This document shows, piece after piece, positions 12,242 to 24,827 of a DNA stretch of 64,000 nucleotides (the stretch's first letter is position 1; each line of letters opens with the position of its first letter). The stretch spans positions 84,134,001 through 84,198,000 of the forward strand of contig OX597816.1 of assembly GCA_951406725.2 (NCBI GenBank). The letters run 5' to 3'. The notes beneath the pieces were generated by a model. That model saw nothing but the letters and a program-made list of their open reading frames with translations. It was not told the origin of the DNA and made no database searches. The stretch is from Octopus vulgaris. Lineage: Eukaryota. A program made the translations under genes and the position numbers.

Positions 12242-13713
12242 CTAGCATTAAAGACCCGTCGTTGCCGGGTCATAGTGCTAGTGCATGTATATATGTGTAT
12301 ATATATGTGTACATATTACATGTACATCTATATATGTTAGTTAGTTAGTTAGTTAGTTAGTTAATTTGGCTCAAAAGCAAATAGCAAGGCCATGTAGGGG
12401 GACATGGAGTTAAGTACAGGGTGGTGTTCATGTAAAGAGTTCAGGCCACTTGAGGTCAAGGGAGGCTTTGAACAAAGCGGTCGTCGGCATCTTCACCATC
12501 TCGTCTGGCAGCTTGTTCCACGGATCCGCAACCCGGACGGAGAAAGCTCCTCTCCTTCGATTGAGATAAAATCGTCTCAGGTAGAGCTTTTCGGAATGAC
12601 CCCGCAGCCGACGCTCTGGAGCAGGAGTGAAGAACAGCTCTTTCGAGAGGTTACACTTTCCGCTTATGATGTTGTGGGCGAGAATGAGATCACCACGGCG
12701 GCGGTGGTGTATATATACATCTACACATAAAATACAAAATACAAAGTTATATCTTGATACCGCTAGTGATAACAATACACAAAATATATAACAGACCGGA
12801 ATTGTTAGCCCGTCTCTTGTAATTTCGATCAATTGTATCTTGTCCTCCCTCTTGTATAGAAGTGTGTCTACAATCCAGCCTACATCTACTTCTTAATTAA
12901 AATTTTTTCCGGGACGTCCTACGGCCCAGATATAAAGGTAAAAATAAAATATTTCCACTTTGCAATTTCGAATCGAGTACTCCCTTGCACGCTCCGTTGA
13001 CTCGAACCTTGCTTCTATTGTGGCGAATTTACCGCCTCTGATTAGATACCTTTCATACTTGCACCAAGACACTTTTCGAAGGTGCTTTCCTTTATGTGTA
13101 CAAATCTTTTTTCTCTACATTGTATACTTTATTGACAATAGTCTTTTCTTTAATTTAATTTTTTATTATCCATCTGGACTATTCCATTTCTGCACGCTAA
13201 TTTTATTTTTAATTTATTCCCATTCATGTGAAACCACTTATTCAAGTTCAAATCATTGATGCAATTTTATACCAATTGCTATTTTTACTTTTGATTTTAA
13301 TTATTACTTACTACATATAATTCAATTGTTATTATTATTTTTATTGTTAAAGTGAAAGTATCTGACATAAAATAGAGAGACGTTTTTGTTTCACTTTTAA
13401 CACGTAATACTGAAATAGTGGAGAAGATATGATATTGCTATGGGCTTGCTCTAGGCAAGAAGTTGAAACTACATGGACCCTAAGTAAGGCATATGTAAAA
13501 TTTGAATGGAATTGGTTGTGTAGTTCTCAAGTTTTAGGGAATCGTAGCGGAGAAGATATGATATTGCTGTGGGCTCGCCCTAGGCAAAAAGTTCCGGACC
13601 CTAGGTAAGGCATGTGTAAAATTTGAACGAAATTGGTTGTGTAGTTCTCAAGTTTTAGGGAAACAGACAGACAGACAGACAGACACACATTCTCAGTTTT
13701 ATATATATAAAGA
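12242..13713 (-). mobile_element. Non-autonomous Helitron carrying a CR1-like fragment
   Basis: Minus-strand 5' end TCtttatatatataaaactgagaatgtgtgtctgtctg at 13713; 3' hairpin gacccg-N7-cgggtc plus CTAG at 12242. Internal ~120-bp tandem duplication at 13418-13662. The 5' module also occurs at 31750-32007 and 33045-33183. Confidence 0.75.
12336..12705 (-). mobile_element. CR1-type LINE 3' end
   Basis: RLRGHSEKL...FSVRVADPWNKLP...FKASLD is the typical CR1 ORF2 C-terminus, followed by a (TAAC)n tail. Confidence 0.85.
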
Positions 13714-13734
13714 TATATACATATATATATATGT

Positions 13735-14415
13735 GTTAAGAAAACGAAGATCATGTCAACAGTAGCCACAACAAGCATCAACATCAAGATCGATAATGAA
13801 GAGATCGAAGTGGTTGATGATTTCATCTTCCTTGGCTCCAAAATAAATAGAGATGGTGACTGCACTCCAGAAATAAGACGGCGGATAGTACTAGGCAGAG
13901 AGGCAATGGTCAGCATGAGCAGGGTCTGGAAGAGTAGAGACATCAGACTCGCTACCAAATGCAGATTGCTGAATGCAATTGACTTCCCAATAGCAACATA
14001 TGGATGCGAGACCTGTATACTAAAGAAAGCTGACCAGAAGAGAATTAATGCATTCGAGCTTTGGTGTTCGAGAAGACTTTTACGGATTCCATGGCCAGCG
14101 AGGCTCACCAATGGAGAAGTTCTTAACCAGATCAGACCGAAAATGTCGCTGGAGGCTAGGATCACCAAGCATAGATTGGCATATTTCGGTCATATTATGC
14201 GGAGAAAATCCCTGGAGAAGGACATCCTGCTCGGAATTGTCAGTGGCAAGAGAGGGAGAGGCCGACCAAGAACCCGCTGGCTTGATACCATCAAGAGTGA
14301 TACCAGAATGGACATAGCCAATCTGAAAGAATCGGCCCAGGATAGAACTAACTGGAGGACACTGATCCAACGAGTAACCGAGAGTCGACTTCGACTGAGC
14401 GGATAGATAGATAGA
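13735..14415 (+). mobile_element. RTE-clade LINE, 5'-truncated (RT thumb/C-terminus)
   Basis: ORF 13753-14406: IEVVDDFIFLGS, EIRRRI, FELWCSRRLLRIPW, GKRGRGRPRTRWLD; (GATA)n tail. Confidence 0.92.
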
Positions 14416-14491
14416 CATATGTGCATATTTATATGTGTGAAAATGCATATATATTTACACCCATAGATATTACTGGCTTTAGTCCTTTTCT

Positions 14492-14555
<64 letters not shown>

Positions 14556-15304
14556 CTCTCTTCCCCGGTCTTTTTTCTCTTTTTACGTACCTTAAATTGT
14601 ATTCTTCATACAAATCATCATATCTTCGTATCTCAACGGTTTTCTTTTATATTTTCTTTATCCTGTTCCTTACGTTGCATCCCTGTATCTTCTATCTACC
14701 TGTTTACCTAACTATATAGGTATGTACGTATGTCTGTGTTTGTGTGTATGTATATATATATATATGTGTGTGTGTGTGTGCGCGCGCGCGCGTGTGTGTG
14801 TATTCTCATACATTTACACACATATGCTCCTTTCTGCCTCTGTCTATCTCTCTCTACTTCTCTCACTCTATCTTTCTGCATCTCCCACTCAAACAACCAT
14901 CTTATGCTCTTTCACTTCACTCTGTATATATATACAAACTTCTCCCTGTTTCATTCTGTATAGCACCACTTAAGCACCCCCACTTTTCCCCACTGCGCAT
15001 TTGTTGGGACGTCTAGCGTTTCCTTTCATCTCCAATTTATTAGTTGTTTATTATTACACAACTATTTTATGGCTTTACAGTTGATATTGTTTCGTGTTAC
15101 ACGTTGTAAATAATGAAACAACAAGAAGACAATCGTCCCTACAAATCATCATACGTCCCTACGTAAGTACGTACTCACATATATACACATGTACGTAAAT
15201 ACATGGTCATGTATATATACATACACATAAATATTCTTCTATATATAAATACATGTGTGTGTATTTATATATATATATATAAATATATATATACATATAT
15301 AAAT

Positions 15305-15356
<52 letters not shown>

Positions 15357-15676
15357 ATATATGCCAATAGCTTGAGGTACACGTTCATACAGGTATTCCA
15401 GCATGCATACACGTATATACACACAAGCTTGAACGTCATTCAATACACAGAGCTATACAATCACACGAGCATAGCCATAGCCATAGCCAAGATAAATACA
15501 TAGATAAATACATTATATGCATATATTGCTATATACTAAAATGGCAAATAATCGACTACGAATTCTACAGATAGATGATTGACTTCCTTTTCCGAAAAGT
15601 ATTATAAATACATAACCATGTTCCTGTAGAAATATAAGTAAATAGGCGCACGGGTATATTGGTATCAGTAACAATG

Positions 15677-15785
<109 letters not shown>

Positions 15786-15820
15786 TTATATATATATATG
15801 TATATGCACACACATATATA

Positions 15821-15869
<49 letters not shown>

Positions 15870-15879
15870 GTATCCTTTT

Positions 15880-16218
15880 ATTAATTTATTTGTTTGGAAT
15901 TTGATTGCGGCGATGCTGGAGCACTGCCTTTAGTCAAACAAATCGACCACAGGACATTTTCTTGGTAAGTTTAGTACTTATACTATCGGTCTCTTTTCGC
16001 CGAAGAGCTAGTTTACACAAACATCGGTTGTCAAGCGATGGAGGGGGCACAAACGCAGACACAAATATATATATATACGACTGCCTTCTTTCAGTTTCTC
16101 TCTACCAAATCCACTCACAAGGCTTTGGTCGGCCCGAGGTTATAGTAGAAGACACTTGCCCAAGTTGCGACGCAGTGTGATTGAACCCGGAACCATGTGG
16201 CTGGTAAGCAAGTTACTT
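15880..16218 (-). mobile_element. Family B SINE
   Basis: Family B body and tail in reverse orientation. Confidence 0.8.
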
Positions 16219-16559
16219 TATTTCAAAAATGTTGCCATAGAGGCATGATACAGAGTAGCTTGCGGGCTGGACAAAGACATTGATGAGATGAATGATGATA
16301 AGGATGATATTAATGGGAGAAGACAAAAAACACGCGCCAATTTTCTGCCTCTCTAAAACTTTAGTCTCTTCTGGTTTTTTTTCCACAGAAAAAGACAAAA
16401 CGAGGTAATGTATCTCTTACTTTAGTTTTACAATTTTTGGATTAATAGTCCATTTAAGAATTGGGCGTTAAGCCTCTTAAACACAATGGCATGCAATAAA
16501 CATTAAATATTATAACACTGAGGCTTTTCAACCTCTTGTCATTATTCTTCCTCAACATC

Positions 16560-17060
16560 GCTTGTTCCCGTATACTCCACCCCCACACGCCTCATTCAAG
16601 ACCAAGGCGGGATCCGAGCCGGCGTCGCCCGGCCACAAGCAATATTCCTCATTGAGTCCCTGCAGCCTAAACCGCACAGCCACCGTTATGATCTCCACAG
16701 ATATCTACGGAGGCCATTCGGGATCCTGTGTGAAGGTTAAAGGTACTCTCTTATGGTGCTTTTCCACAACCTCTTCAACCTCTCCGCCTCTGTAGAAGAA
16801 AACCAATAGTTCCTCTTCCTCCGGGTTCGAGGTAGTCAATTCCACCGTTGGCGGCACAGTTCACCCCCTAACGGTGTCGCTTCCCCTGCCGGTGGCACAA
16901 TTCCTACCGACAAGGTTCCGGGACATTCCGGTGCTATGTCACCGACTGCCGGTAATGTCCCGTTTCTCTTCCTTTTCCTCTTTTTTCCCTCTCAACTGAT
17001 GGAGGGTGCGTCTCCTCCGTAACCGGGAGATTCACCTCTCCTCCCTCATCCCCAGGATTG
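16560..17060 (-). mobile_element. GC-rich fragment, possibly LINE ORF1
   Basis: GC-rich, purine-rich minus strand. A short stretch (LVAGRRR) resembles the GRRP motif near 10010. Weak. Confidence 0.25.
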
Positions 17061-17122
17061 TAAGTAAGGTACTTACCACACAGCTACACCTGCGCCTATA
17101 TAAATATGTGTGTGTATGTGTG

Positions 17123-17165
<43 letters not shown>

Positions 17166-17169
<4 letters not shown>

Positions 17170-19399
17170 ATATGCTCAATCACCTACCGAATACTATAAA
17201 CAAAAACACCATACTGGTATCCTTCGATGTAGTCAACCTCTACTCCAATATCCCCCACAACCTAGGACTAGAGGCAATTCAATTTTGGCTAGAGAATCAC
17301 GCCAACGAACTCCCACATCGCATCAAAAAGGAATTCGTGATAGAAGGGGTTAAATTCATCCTGGAAAATAACTTCTTCGCCTTCAAAGACAACTTCTACC
17401 GACAAAAATCGGGCACTGCGATGGGTACACGAATGGACCCCTCCTTTGCCAACCTAGTCATAAGATATCTTGAAATCAGTCTGTATCGTAAGGTTCTAGA
17501 AAGATATGGTAGCCCTTTCTCCATCTACATAGAAAACAACTGGAAGAGATATCTAAATGACTGTTTCATTCTTTGGCGTGAAAATATAGAGAAACTCAAA
17601 GAATTCCAAGAAATTTTAAATGGACTGGACGTAAACATCCAATTCACGATGGAATATAGCCAGCAACAACTTCCCCTCCTCGATATCCTCATTAAGAAAG
17701 CTAATAATGTAATAGAAACAGACATATATTATAAGCCTACAGATTCTAAGCAATATCTTCCATTCAATTCATGCCACTCCAGACACACCAAGATGAATAT
17801 CCCCTTCAATCTAGCAAAAAGGATATGCACTATAGTTTATAATGCAAACACCAGAGACACACGACTACAAGAACTAAAAGATACCCTTATCACCAGGAAC
17901 TACCCACCTTCACTTATTGACATATGCATTCAACGTGCCCTTCAACTTAACATCCAGGAACTGAGACATCCCAAATCAAAGAAAAACTTACGACCAAAAG
18001 CCTTACCATACATCTCCACACACAACCCTCTCAACAATTAAGCCTTCGGCACCATCCTCCAAAACATACCCCTCCTAAAAAAAGACCACAGAATGAACAC
18101 AATCCTCCAAACACACACGATCATAAAAAGCAAGAGACAGCCTAAATCTATGAAAAGTCTCCTAACACAAGCCCGAATACACTCTTCAACACAGAAGCCG
18201 ACAGTAAAAAAATGTGAAAGACCCAATTGCGGGATATGCGATTATCTAATTGAGGGATCAGAGTTCTCCTTCAAACAGGGACAACGGTTTACAGTGAAAA
18301 GCAACTTCACATGCGCTTCGGAGAACCTGATATACACACTAACCTGCTCTGGGTGTCAAGAGCAGTACATAGGCCAAACAAAAAATTCCCCAAAACAGAA
18401 AAATAGCTTTCAGCCAACACATAGATACTTGCGCCAACAACAAAACACCAGGCTTCAGGATTTTCCCCCTCTACCAATTTAGGGACGATACAACCTCGAG
18501 ACAACGAATAAGTAAAGAAACCCTCTTTATTACAAAATACAGGCGACTTCTTAACGGGTCTACGACAAACGATTAATGCACCTCAGCTTTAGAACAACAG
18601 AAATACACAAGCAAATATTACATTCCAAAGAATCCATTACAAATCAGCCCCAATCACAGCTATAATCCATATCGGGCCAACTTCAAGTCATACAACACCT
18701 CACTACTTCCACTCATTCATATTCTCCCTTCTCTTCTTCTTCTTCTCCTCTTCTTCTTCTTCTTCTTCTTCTTCTTCTTCTTCTTCTTCTTCTTCTTCTT
18801 CTTCTTCTTCTTCTTCTTCTTCTTCTTCTTCATCATCATCATCATTATCATCATCATCGTCATCATCATCATCATCACCATCTTCATCATCTTCTTCTCC
18901 TTCTCATTTCCCTTCTTCTTCTTCTTCTTCTTCTTCTTCTTCTTCTTCTTCTTCTTCTTCTGCTCCACCTTCTACTTCTTAACTTTATCACTAATGCTTT
19001 TTAGTATAACACCATAAACAAACCTTTCAATAGAAATATTCTTCTGAATTGAACTGCAACTGCTAGCCGTCACTGACCATTCAAAATACGACCTTCAAGG
19101 CACTCCCAAATTTTTCCACCCCTTCTCCTCATCAACCTTCTTCTTCTTCTACCCTACCAAGAATTCACAATGACCTCGAACACACAAGTGCAAACAAGAG
19201 AGACAGAGAAAGGCAGAAAGAAGGAAAATGCCACTTATATTTGAACACTATGCAAATATTCCTTTAAAAAAACTTTTCTTTTAATTTTTCTAAATTTAAT
19301 TATTTAATCGTTACAGTTGAAAAGGTCTCAAAATGACCGAAACCGGTACTGAAATGTTCTTTATAAAATTATTTGAGCATTTTCTATCTTGACTTATTT

Positions 19400-19410
<11 letters not shown>
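17166..19410 (+). mobile_element. Penelope-like element, 5'-truncated (RT + GIY-YIG + pLTR), inserted in (TA)n
   Basis: RT motifs VSFDVVNLYSNIP, GTAMGT, RYLND (YLDD-like), TDIYYKPTD. After a frameshift, CERPNCGIC and IYTLTC..YIGQT. HHR in the 3' non-coding part. (TA)n on both sides. Confidence 0.93.
19312..19354 (+). ncRNA. Minimal type I hammerhead ribozyme, U3-A8 core variant
   Basis: cag UUGAAAA ggtc-N7-gacc GAAA ccg GUA ctg; palindromic stem III accggt. Confidence 0.7.
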
Positions 19411-19442
<32 letters not shown>

Positions 19443-19859
19443 CATGAGATTCTCCGTACAGTTGACACTTAGTTCTGCTCAAAAGATTCAAACTTAGACA
19501 CGGATGTCTTCACAAAGGATCATTTCAATAGAAATTGTAAGAGGGTTCGAGATAAGCGAGTATAGAGGCAGTTATGCGGATAAACAAATTAGACACATCA
19601 AATATATTAAATATATTCTTTTCTACTCTAGGCACAATGCCCGAACTTTTTCCGTAATTTGAACTTAGAACATAAAGACAGACGAAATACCGCTCTGCAT
19701 TTCGGCCTGCGTGCTGGCGATTCTGCCAGTTCACTGCCTTAATCATTTTGCCCAGCGTGCTAACGTTTCTACTAGCTCGCCGCCTTAATATATTAAATAC
19801 ATTAAATACAAAATATGTTTTGGGTCATCCCATAAATAATGTGCTCTTTTCAATTGCAT

Positions 19860-20574
19860 GAAACTTTCAGACGATTAAATTTTATGCATGAATATATAGA
19901 TATTTATATTAACAAGTCCAACTTAAAACACAGAGTACAAAGGACAGAGAAAATTAAAATCAAGTGTTATAAGTCCAACATCTGTTTCTGGAGGCTCAGC
20001 GACCCATAATAATGTTGGTGGATTTAGTCCATCACAATATGTGGACGTATAGATGCAATTAATACTGGATGAGATGAGCCTCCGCCATCAGGGTAGATAA
20101 GATCTTAACTTTGAGATCTTAATGCAGAGCCTTCAAAGATGGAATGATTAAATGTGGAGAACTAGCTGCATTGGAGGAGGGACTGAGGGGTAGTAAGACA
20201 GATAATGGTGAGGGGAGAAAAAATAGTCCAAGAGGAGTGACCGGTTAATAATGAGGGCGCTAAGGTATGTAGTAGTAGAGGTGGAGAGTAAGAAGAGTAA
20301 TAGGAAGGTAGGGTAGTGTTTGAATGGTAGTCTGTTGTGTCGTGTTCTGATGACGGAGGTTCGTCTCGTTCAATGTGAATTGTATTCGTACATTTGTGAT
20401 GAACTAAATCCACCAACATCACTATTGGTTGCCGAGCCGCTAGAAGCAGTTGTTGGACTTATAATAGCTTTCTTCCACCCCTTTAATTTTCTATCTCGTT
20501 TGTACTTTGTGTATGTGGACCAATTAATATAAATATCTATATATTATATACATAAAAAATCATCCGAAAGTTTC
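19860..20574. repeat. Diverged ~235-bp inverted repeat pair, each arm containing an HHR-like motif
   Basis: 19860-20094 is the reverse complement of 20345-20574 (e.g. gttggtggatttagt / actaaatccaccaac). Confidence 0.85.
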
Positions 20575-20962
20575 TACCTTTTCTCATTTTGCAGGTATAC
20601 ATATATATCCAGGTTGAGTAAAAAGGAAGCAACGTTTTAAACCATGAAGAATTTGTACCAGGGTTTTGCAGATGTTTGAATTCCTTTTAAACATTTTTTT
20701 TTTGCAATTGTCTGATAATCCAGACACAGACTTGCCCAAATGGATCAATAAATTAACATTGATATTTATTTCACCGTTGTTACAGTCATCTGAAATGGAA
20801 CTGTCAAGCATCTTGATGGTTTCCTGCGAGAGAAGGAATTCAAAAATCGAACCGATGCTGAAAGTGCATCAGCTCTGGGACTCCAGATATTTATGTTACC
20901 TGAATAAACAAGCTTTAACTCATTGGAAAAAATGTGTTGATTGCAATGCTACATACTTTAAT

Positions 20963-21253
20963 ACAGTTCTATACTTAAGAGATGAGGAATTATGTACATT
21001 ATTTACATTATTTACATTTGACGGATATTTGTCCTCATCATGTTTGTTGTTAACACAACGTTTCGGCTGATATACCCTCCAGCCTTCATCAGGTGTCTTG
21101 CGAAAATTTCGAACCTGAGTTCTCATTCCTAACGTATTTTTCGATGTTATTATTATTTTGTTGTTGCTGTTGTTGTTATTATTATTCAGGTCACTGCCTG
21201 GAATCGAACTCGGAGTCTTGGGGTTAGTAGCCCGCGCTCTTAACCACTATGCC
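20963..21253 (-). mobile_element. tRNA-headed SINE (family D) with hammerhead-containing tail
   Basis: Minus strand: gcatagtggttaagagcgcgggctactaacccc...gagttcgattcc head, (AAT/AAC)n, then acac CUGAUGA a ggctg-N10-cagcc GAAA cguu gugu. A second copy lies at 60086-60895. Confidence 0.85.
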
Positions 21254-21429
21254 CACAGACATATAGCGCAGTGGTTTAGAGCGCAGGGAGTTTGCATGGC
21301 AACTTTGAGTTTGCTCAATTGAAAGGCGTAGCCTCCAGGGAAAAATTCCTCATCTTTGAAATGTGGCCCGAGTAGACCCGAATGAAATCGGGTTGTAATA
21401 CTAGTGTGTGTATATATATATATATAATA

Positions 21430-21660
21430 AACGCGCCCTTTTAAAGCCTAGCCAGGATCATAGGCCCGGTTTCCCGCTTTCTATGGCGCATGTGTTCTCC
21501 AGATGAACGGGACGCGAGTCCATCGCAGCGTTACACATTTTTGCCAACGTGAAATGAAGTGTTTTGCTCAAGAACGCAACACATCACCCGGTCCAGGAAT
21601 CGAAACCACAATCTTACGATCATGGTGCTGACACCCTAATCACTAATCCATGCGCCTCCA
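21430..21660 (-). mobile_element. tRNA-derived SINE, family E
   Basis: Minus strand: ggaggcgcatggattagtgattagggtg...ggtttcgattcc, then ttcttgagcaaaacacttca. A related head occurs at 51895-52010 (+). Confidence 0.7.
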
Positions 21661-21662
21661 CG

Positions 21663-21746
<84 letters not shown>

Positions 21747-22261
21747 TATATATATTTTAGATTTTTTTAAGGGAAACGTTTTGAATACGCACATAAAACT
21801 CATTTTCCATCATGCTGGTTATAGTTTAACGATGCTGAATGGCGAACCAGTTTTTGGGGTTGCATCGCGCTTTACCAATATAAGATAAATATAATAATAA
21901 TAGCAATGATCCTTGGATGGAATTTATAAACACTTAACTCATCGCTACGCGCGTTTTCACAGTTCACCTGTCTCCTAAGATTACAGTCCGTATTCCTGGG
22001 ATGATTACAGTGCAGTCCGTATTATCCGTGGGTATCACGTTGATCATCTTTATGAATTCATTTCTTCAGGAGGTACAACATTAATGGATGTTCAACAGTG
22101 GGATGTTTATCCGTTTGGCCAAGACGAAGGCTGATTGAGTTATGTGGGTATTTCTTTGTGTACTTGGTGGGGAGGAGGGGGAGGTGATGGAAAAAGAGGA
22201 AGAATGATAGTTATAGGGGGATGGAGATGTGTTGTGGCGATGTCGGACTTAGTTTGCTATT

Positions 22262-22307
<46 letters not shown>

Positions 22308-22309
<2 letters not shown>

Positions 22310-22607
22310 TCTTTACTCTTTTACTTGTTTCAGTCGTTTGACTGTGGTCGCTAAGTTACGGGGACGTAAACACACCAGCATCGGTTGTCAAACGATGTTC
22401 GGGGGACAAACACAGACGCACATACATTTATATATGCATATATACGACGGGCTTCTTTCGGTTTCCGTCTACCAAATCCACTTATAAGGCTTTGGTTAGT
22501 CCGAGGCTATAGTAGAGGACAGTTGCCCAAGATGCTACGCTGTGGGATTGAACCCGGAACCATGTAGTTCGTAAGGAAGCTACTTACCACACAGCCACTC
22601 CTACGCC
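22308..22607 (-). mobile_element. Family B SINE
   Basis: Reverse family B copy, head-to-head with the next copy. Confidence 0.85.
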
Positions 22608-22644
22608 TATATATAAATGATGAATGAGGAGAATCGAGAAATAG

Positions 22645-22972
22645 TGGGTTCAGGCCCACTGCGTGGCATCATGGGTAAGTGTCTTCTACTATAGCCTCGG
22701 GCCGACCAAAGCCTTGTGAGTGGATTTGATAGACGGAAACCGAAAAAAAGCCCGTCGTATATATGTATATATATGTGTGTGTGTGTGTGTTTGTATTTGT
22801 CCCCCAACATCACTTGACAACCGATGCTGGTGCGTTTACGTCCCCGTAACGTAGAGACCGATAGAATAAGTACAACGCTTACAAAGAATAAGACCTTGGG
22901 TCGATTTGCTCGACTAAAAGGCGGTGCTCCAGCATGGCCGCAGTGAAATGACTGAAGCAAGTAAAGAGAGAG
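22645..22972 (+). mobile_element. Family B SINE (head truncated)
   Basis: gggttcaggcccactgcgtggc...gcggtgctccagcatggccgcag...aagtaaagagag. Confidence 0.85.
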
Positions 22973-23023
22973 TGTATAACAAAGGAAACAGCAAGTCCAC
23001 CTTCGAATCACCATATGTACAGC

Positions 23024-23057
<34 letters not shown>

Positions 23058-23362
23058 ACCACAACTATTCATACTGCCACCATCACCATCACCTTCACCA
23101 TCGCCACCACTATCACTACAACTACTACAGCCACCTTCATTATGATGATAAACATTATCATGATGATCATCGTCACCATCATTTTACAACATTGACAACA
23201 ATATTAAATAAAGGTTTAATGCAATCATTATTGCTGTTTTCTCACTGGTCTTAGCTATACGTATTATCAAATATTCATGGGATATTGTAAATATTTGATG
23301 ATCCTTTCTACCCACTCTCCTCTGGTGTTGATAATGTGGCATTCGGAGAAATTGCTGTTCAC

Positions 23363-23363
<1 letters not shown>

Positions 23364-23393
<30 letters not shown>

Positions 23394-23838
23394 CTTCTTC
23401 TTCTTCTTCTTCTTCTTCTTCTTCTTCTTCTTCTTTTTCTTGTTGTTGTTGTTGTTGTTGTTCTTCCTCTTCTTCTTCTTCTTCTTCTTCTTCTTCTTCT
23501 TCTCCTCCTCCTCCTCCTTCTTCTTCTTCTTCGTCTTCTTTTTCTTGTTTTTGTTGTTGTTGTTGGTGTTGTTGTTCTTGTTCTTGTTCTTGTTCTTGTT
23601 CTTGTTCTCCTTCTTCTACTTCTTCTTCTCCTCCTCCTCCTCCTCTTCCTCCTCCTCCTCCTCCTCCTCCTCCTCCTCCTTCTTCTTCTTCTTCTTCTTC
23701 TTTTCCTTCTTCTAGTCGTCCTCCCTTCCCATCCTTCTCTTCCACCTTCAAGCCATTACCCTCCTCTTCCTCCTCATCGTCATCATTATTATCATTGTTC
23801 ATGTTGTTGTTGCGCTAGTTGTGGTGGCGATCCTTCTT

Positions 23839-23869
<31 letters not shown>

Positions 23870-23874
23870 TTATT

Positions 23875-23948
<74 letters not shown>

Positions 23949-23965
23949 CATTATTATTATTATTG
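23364..23965. repeat. Compound trinucleotide microsatellite (CTT/GTT/CCT/ATT)n
   Basis: Directly visible; the source of the poly-L/S/P/E/Y ORF artefacts. Confidence 0.97.
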
Positions 23966-24827
23966 ATAGTGGGTTGCGCGATGACAATGATGGACAGATG
24001 GACACAGATGCTGAAGTCAATTTGATAACGACTTCTTGATGAAGACACGGGTATTGTTTTTATAGTTATTTATAGTTGCTGTAGTTGGCGTCGTCATCAT
24101 CGTTTCTGGTCCTATTATGATATCGCTTTCGTTGTCGCTGTTGTTCTTATTGCAGTCCATTGCCATCGTCGTCGTCGCTGTGGTTGTTGTTGTTGTTGAA
24201 GTGACAATGTATTAAGAAAACGAAGCAGGAAAAATAGTTTGTAAACGTGTTTAATTTAAGGCGGGAACATTGCCAAAAAAGTAGAAAAGTACAAACAACT
24301 AAAACAATCAATATCCTAAAAGAAATAAAATATACAAAAAAAAACAAACAAATTACATAAAAATTTAAGGTCGTTTTTCATATTGCTTTAATCTTGAGTA
24401 AAAAATAACAAAAATACCACGTTTGTCAAAATGGCCGCCTTAGAAGAATGTCGCCACTAAATGTTTTTAGAATATTTATTCCTTTCTTCTCGCTGGATAT
24501 GGAGTTCAAATCCCGCCGGGATTGGTTTTGGTTTACAATTTCATTACAATAATTTGCTGATACAATTAATTAAAGCAAACGAATTTTTACATTAAAAAAT
24601 TCATCCTATTTGCAAATAAGGAAAGCCCTGCCAAAAGGCACCGGTTTGACAGATATGATAGATTAGCGGACTTAACGTTTATGAATAGTTGTGACGGTCA
24701 CTTCGTTCTAAATCGCAGCTTCTGTAAGCAAAATAACAATGGCATACTCAAGACATTTTCAGACTTTAGTCGATTAAACATACTCTGTGGAATCTTGACT
24801 AATTTCGTCGCAATATTTAATATCGTC

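Noticed and set aside
13418-13662. Direct repeats suggesting LTRs or a CRISPR-like array
   Set aside because: An adjacent tandem duplication inside a Helitron, with no spacers or LTR hallmarks, in a eukaryotic context.
21185-21253. tRNA-Ser gene (also tRNA-like heads at 40721, 42337, 60170)
   Set aside because: Acceptor stems are imperfect and each head is fused to a repeated body, so these are SINE heads.
23277-24048. Long poly-L/S/P/E/N ORFs
   Set aside because: Compound trinucleotide repeat, open in several frames on both strands.
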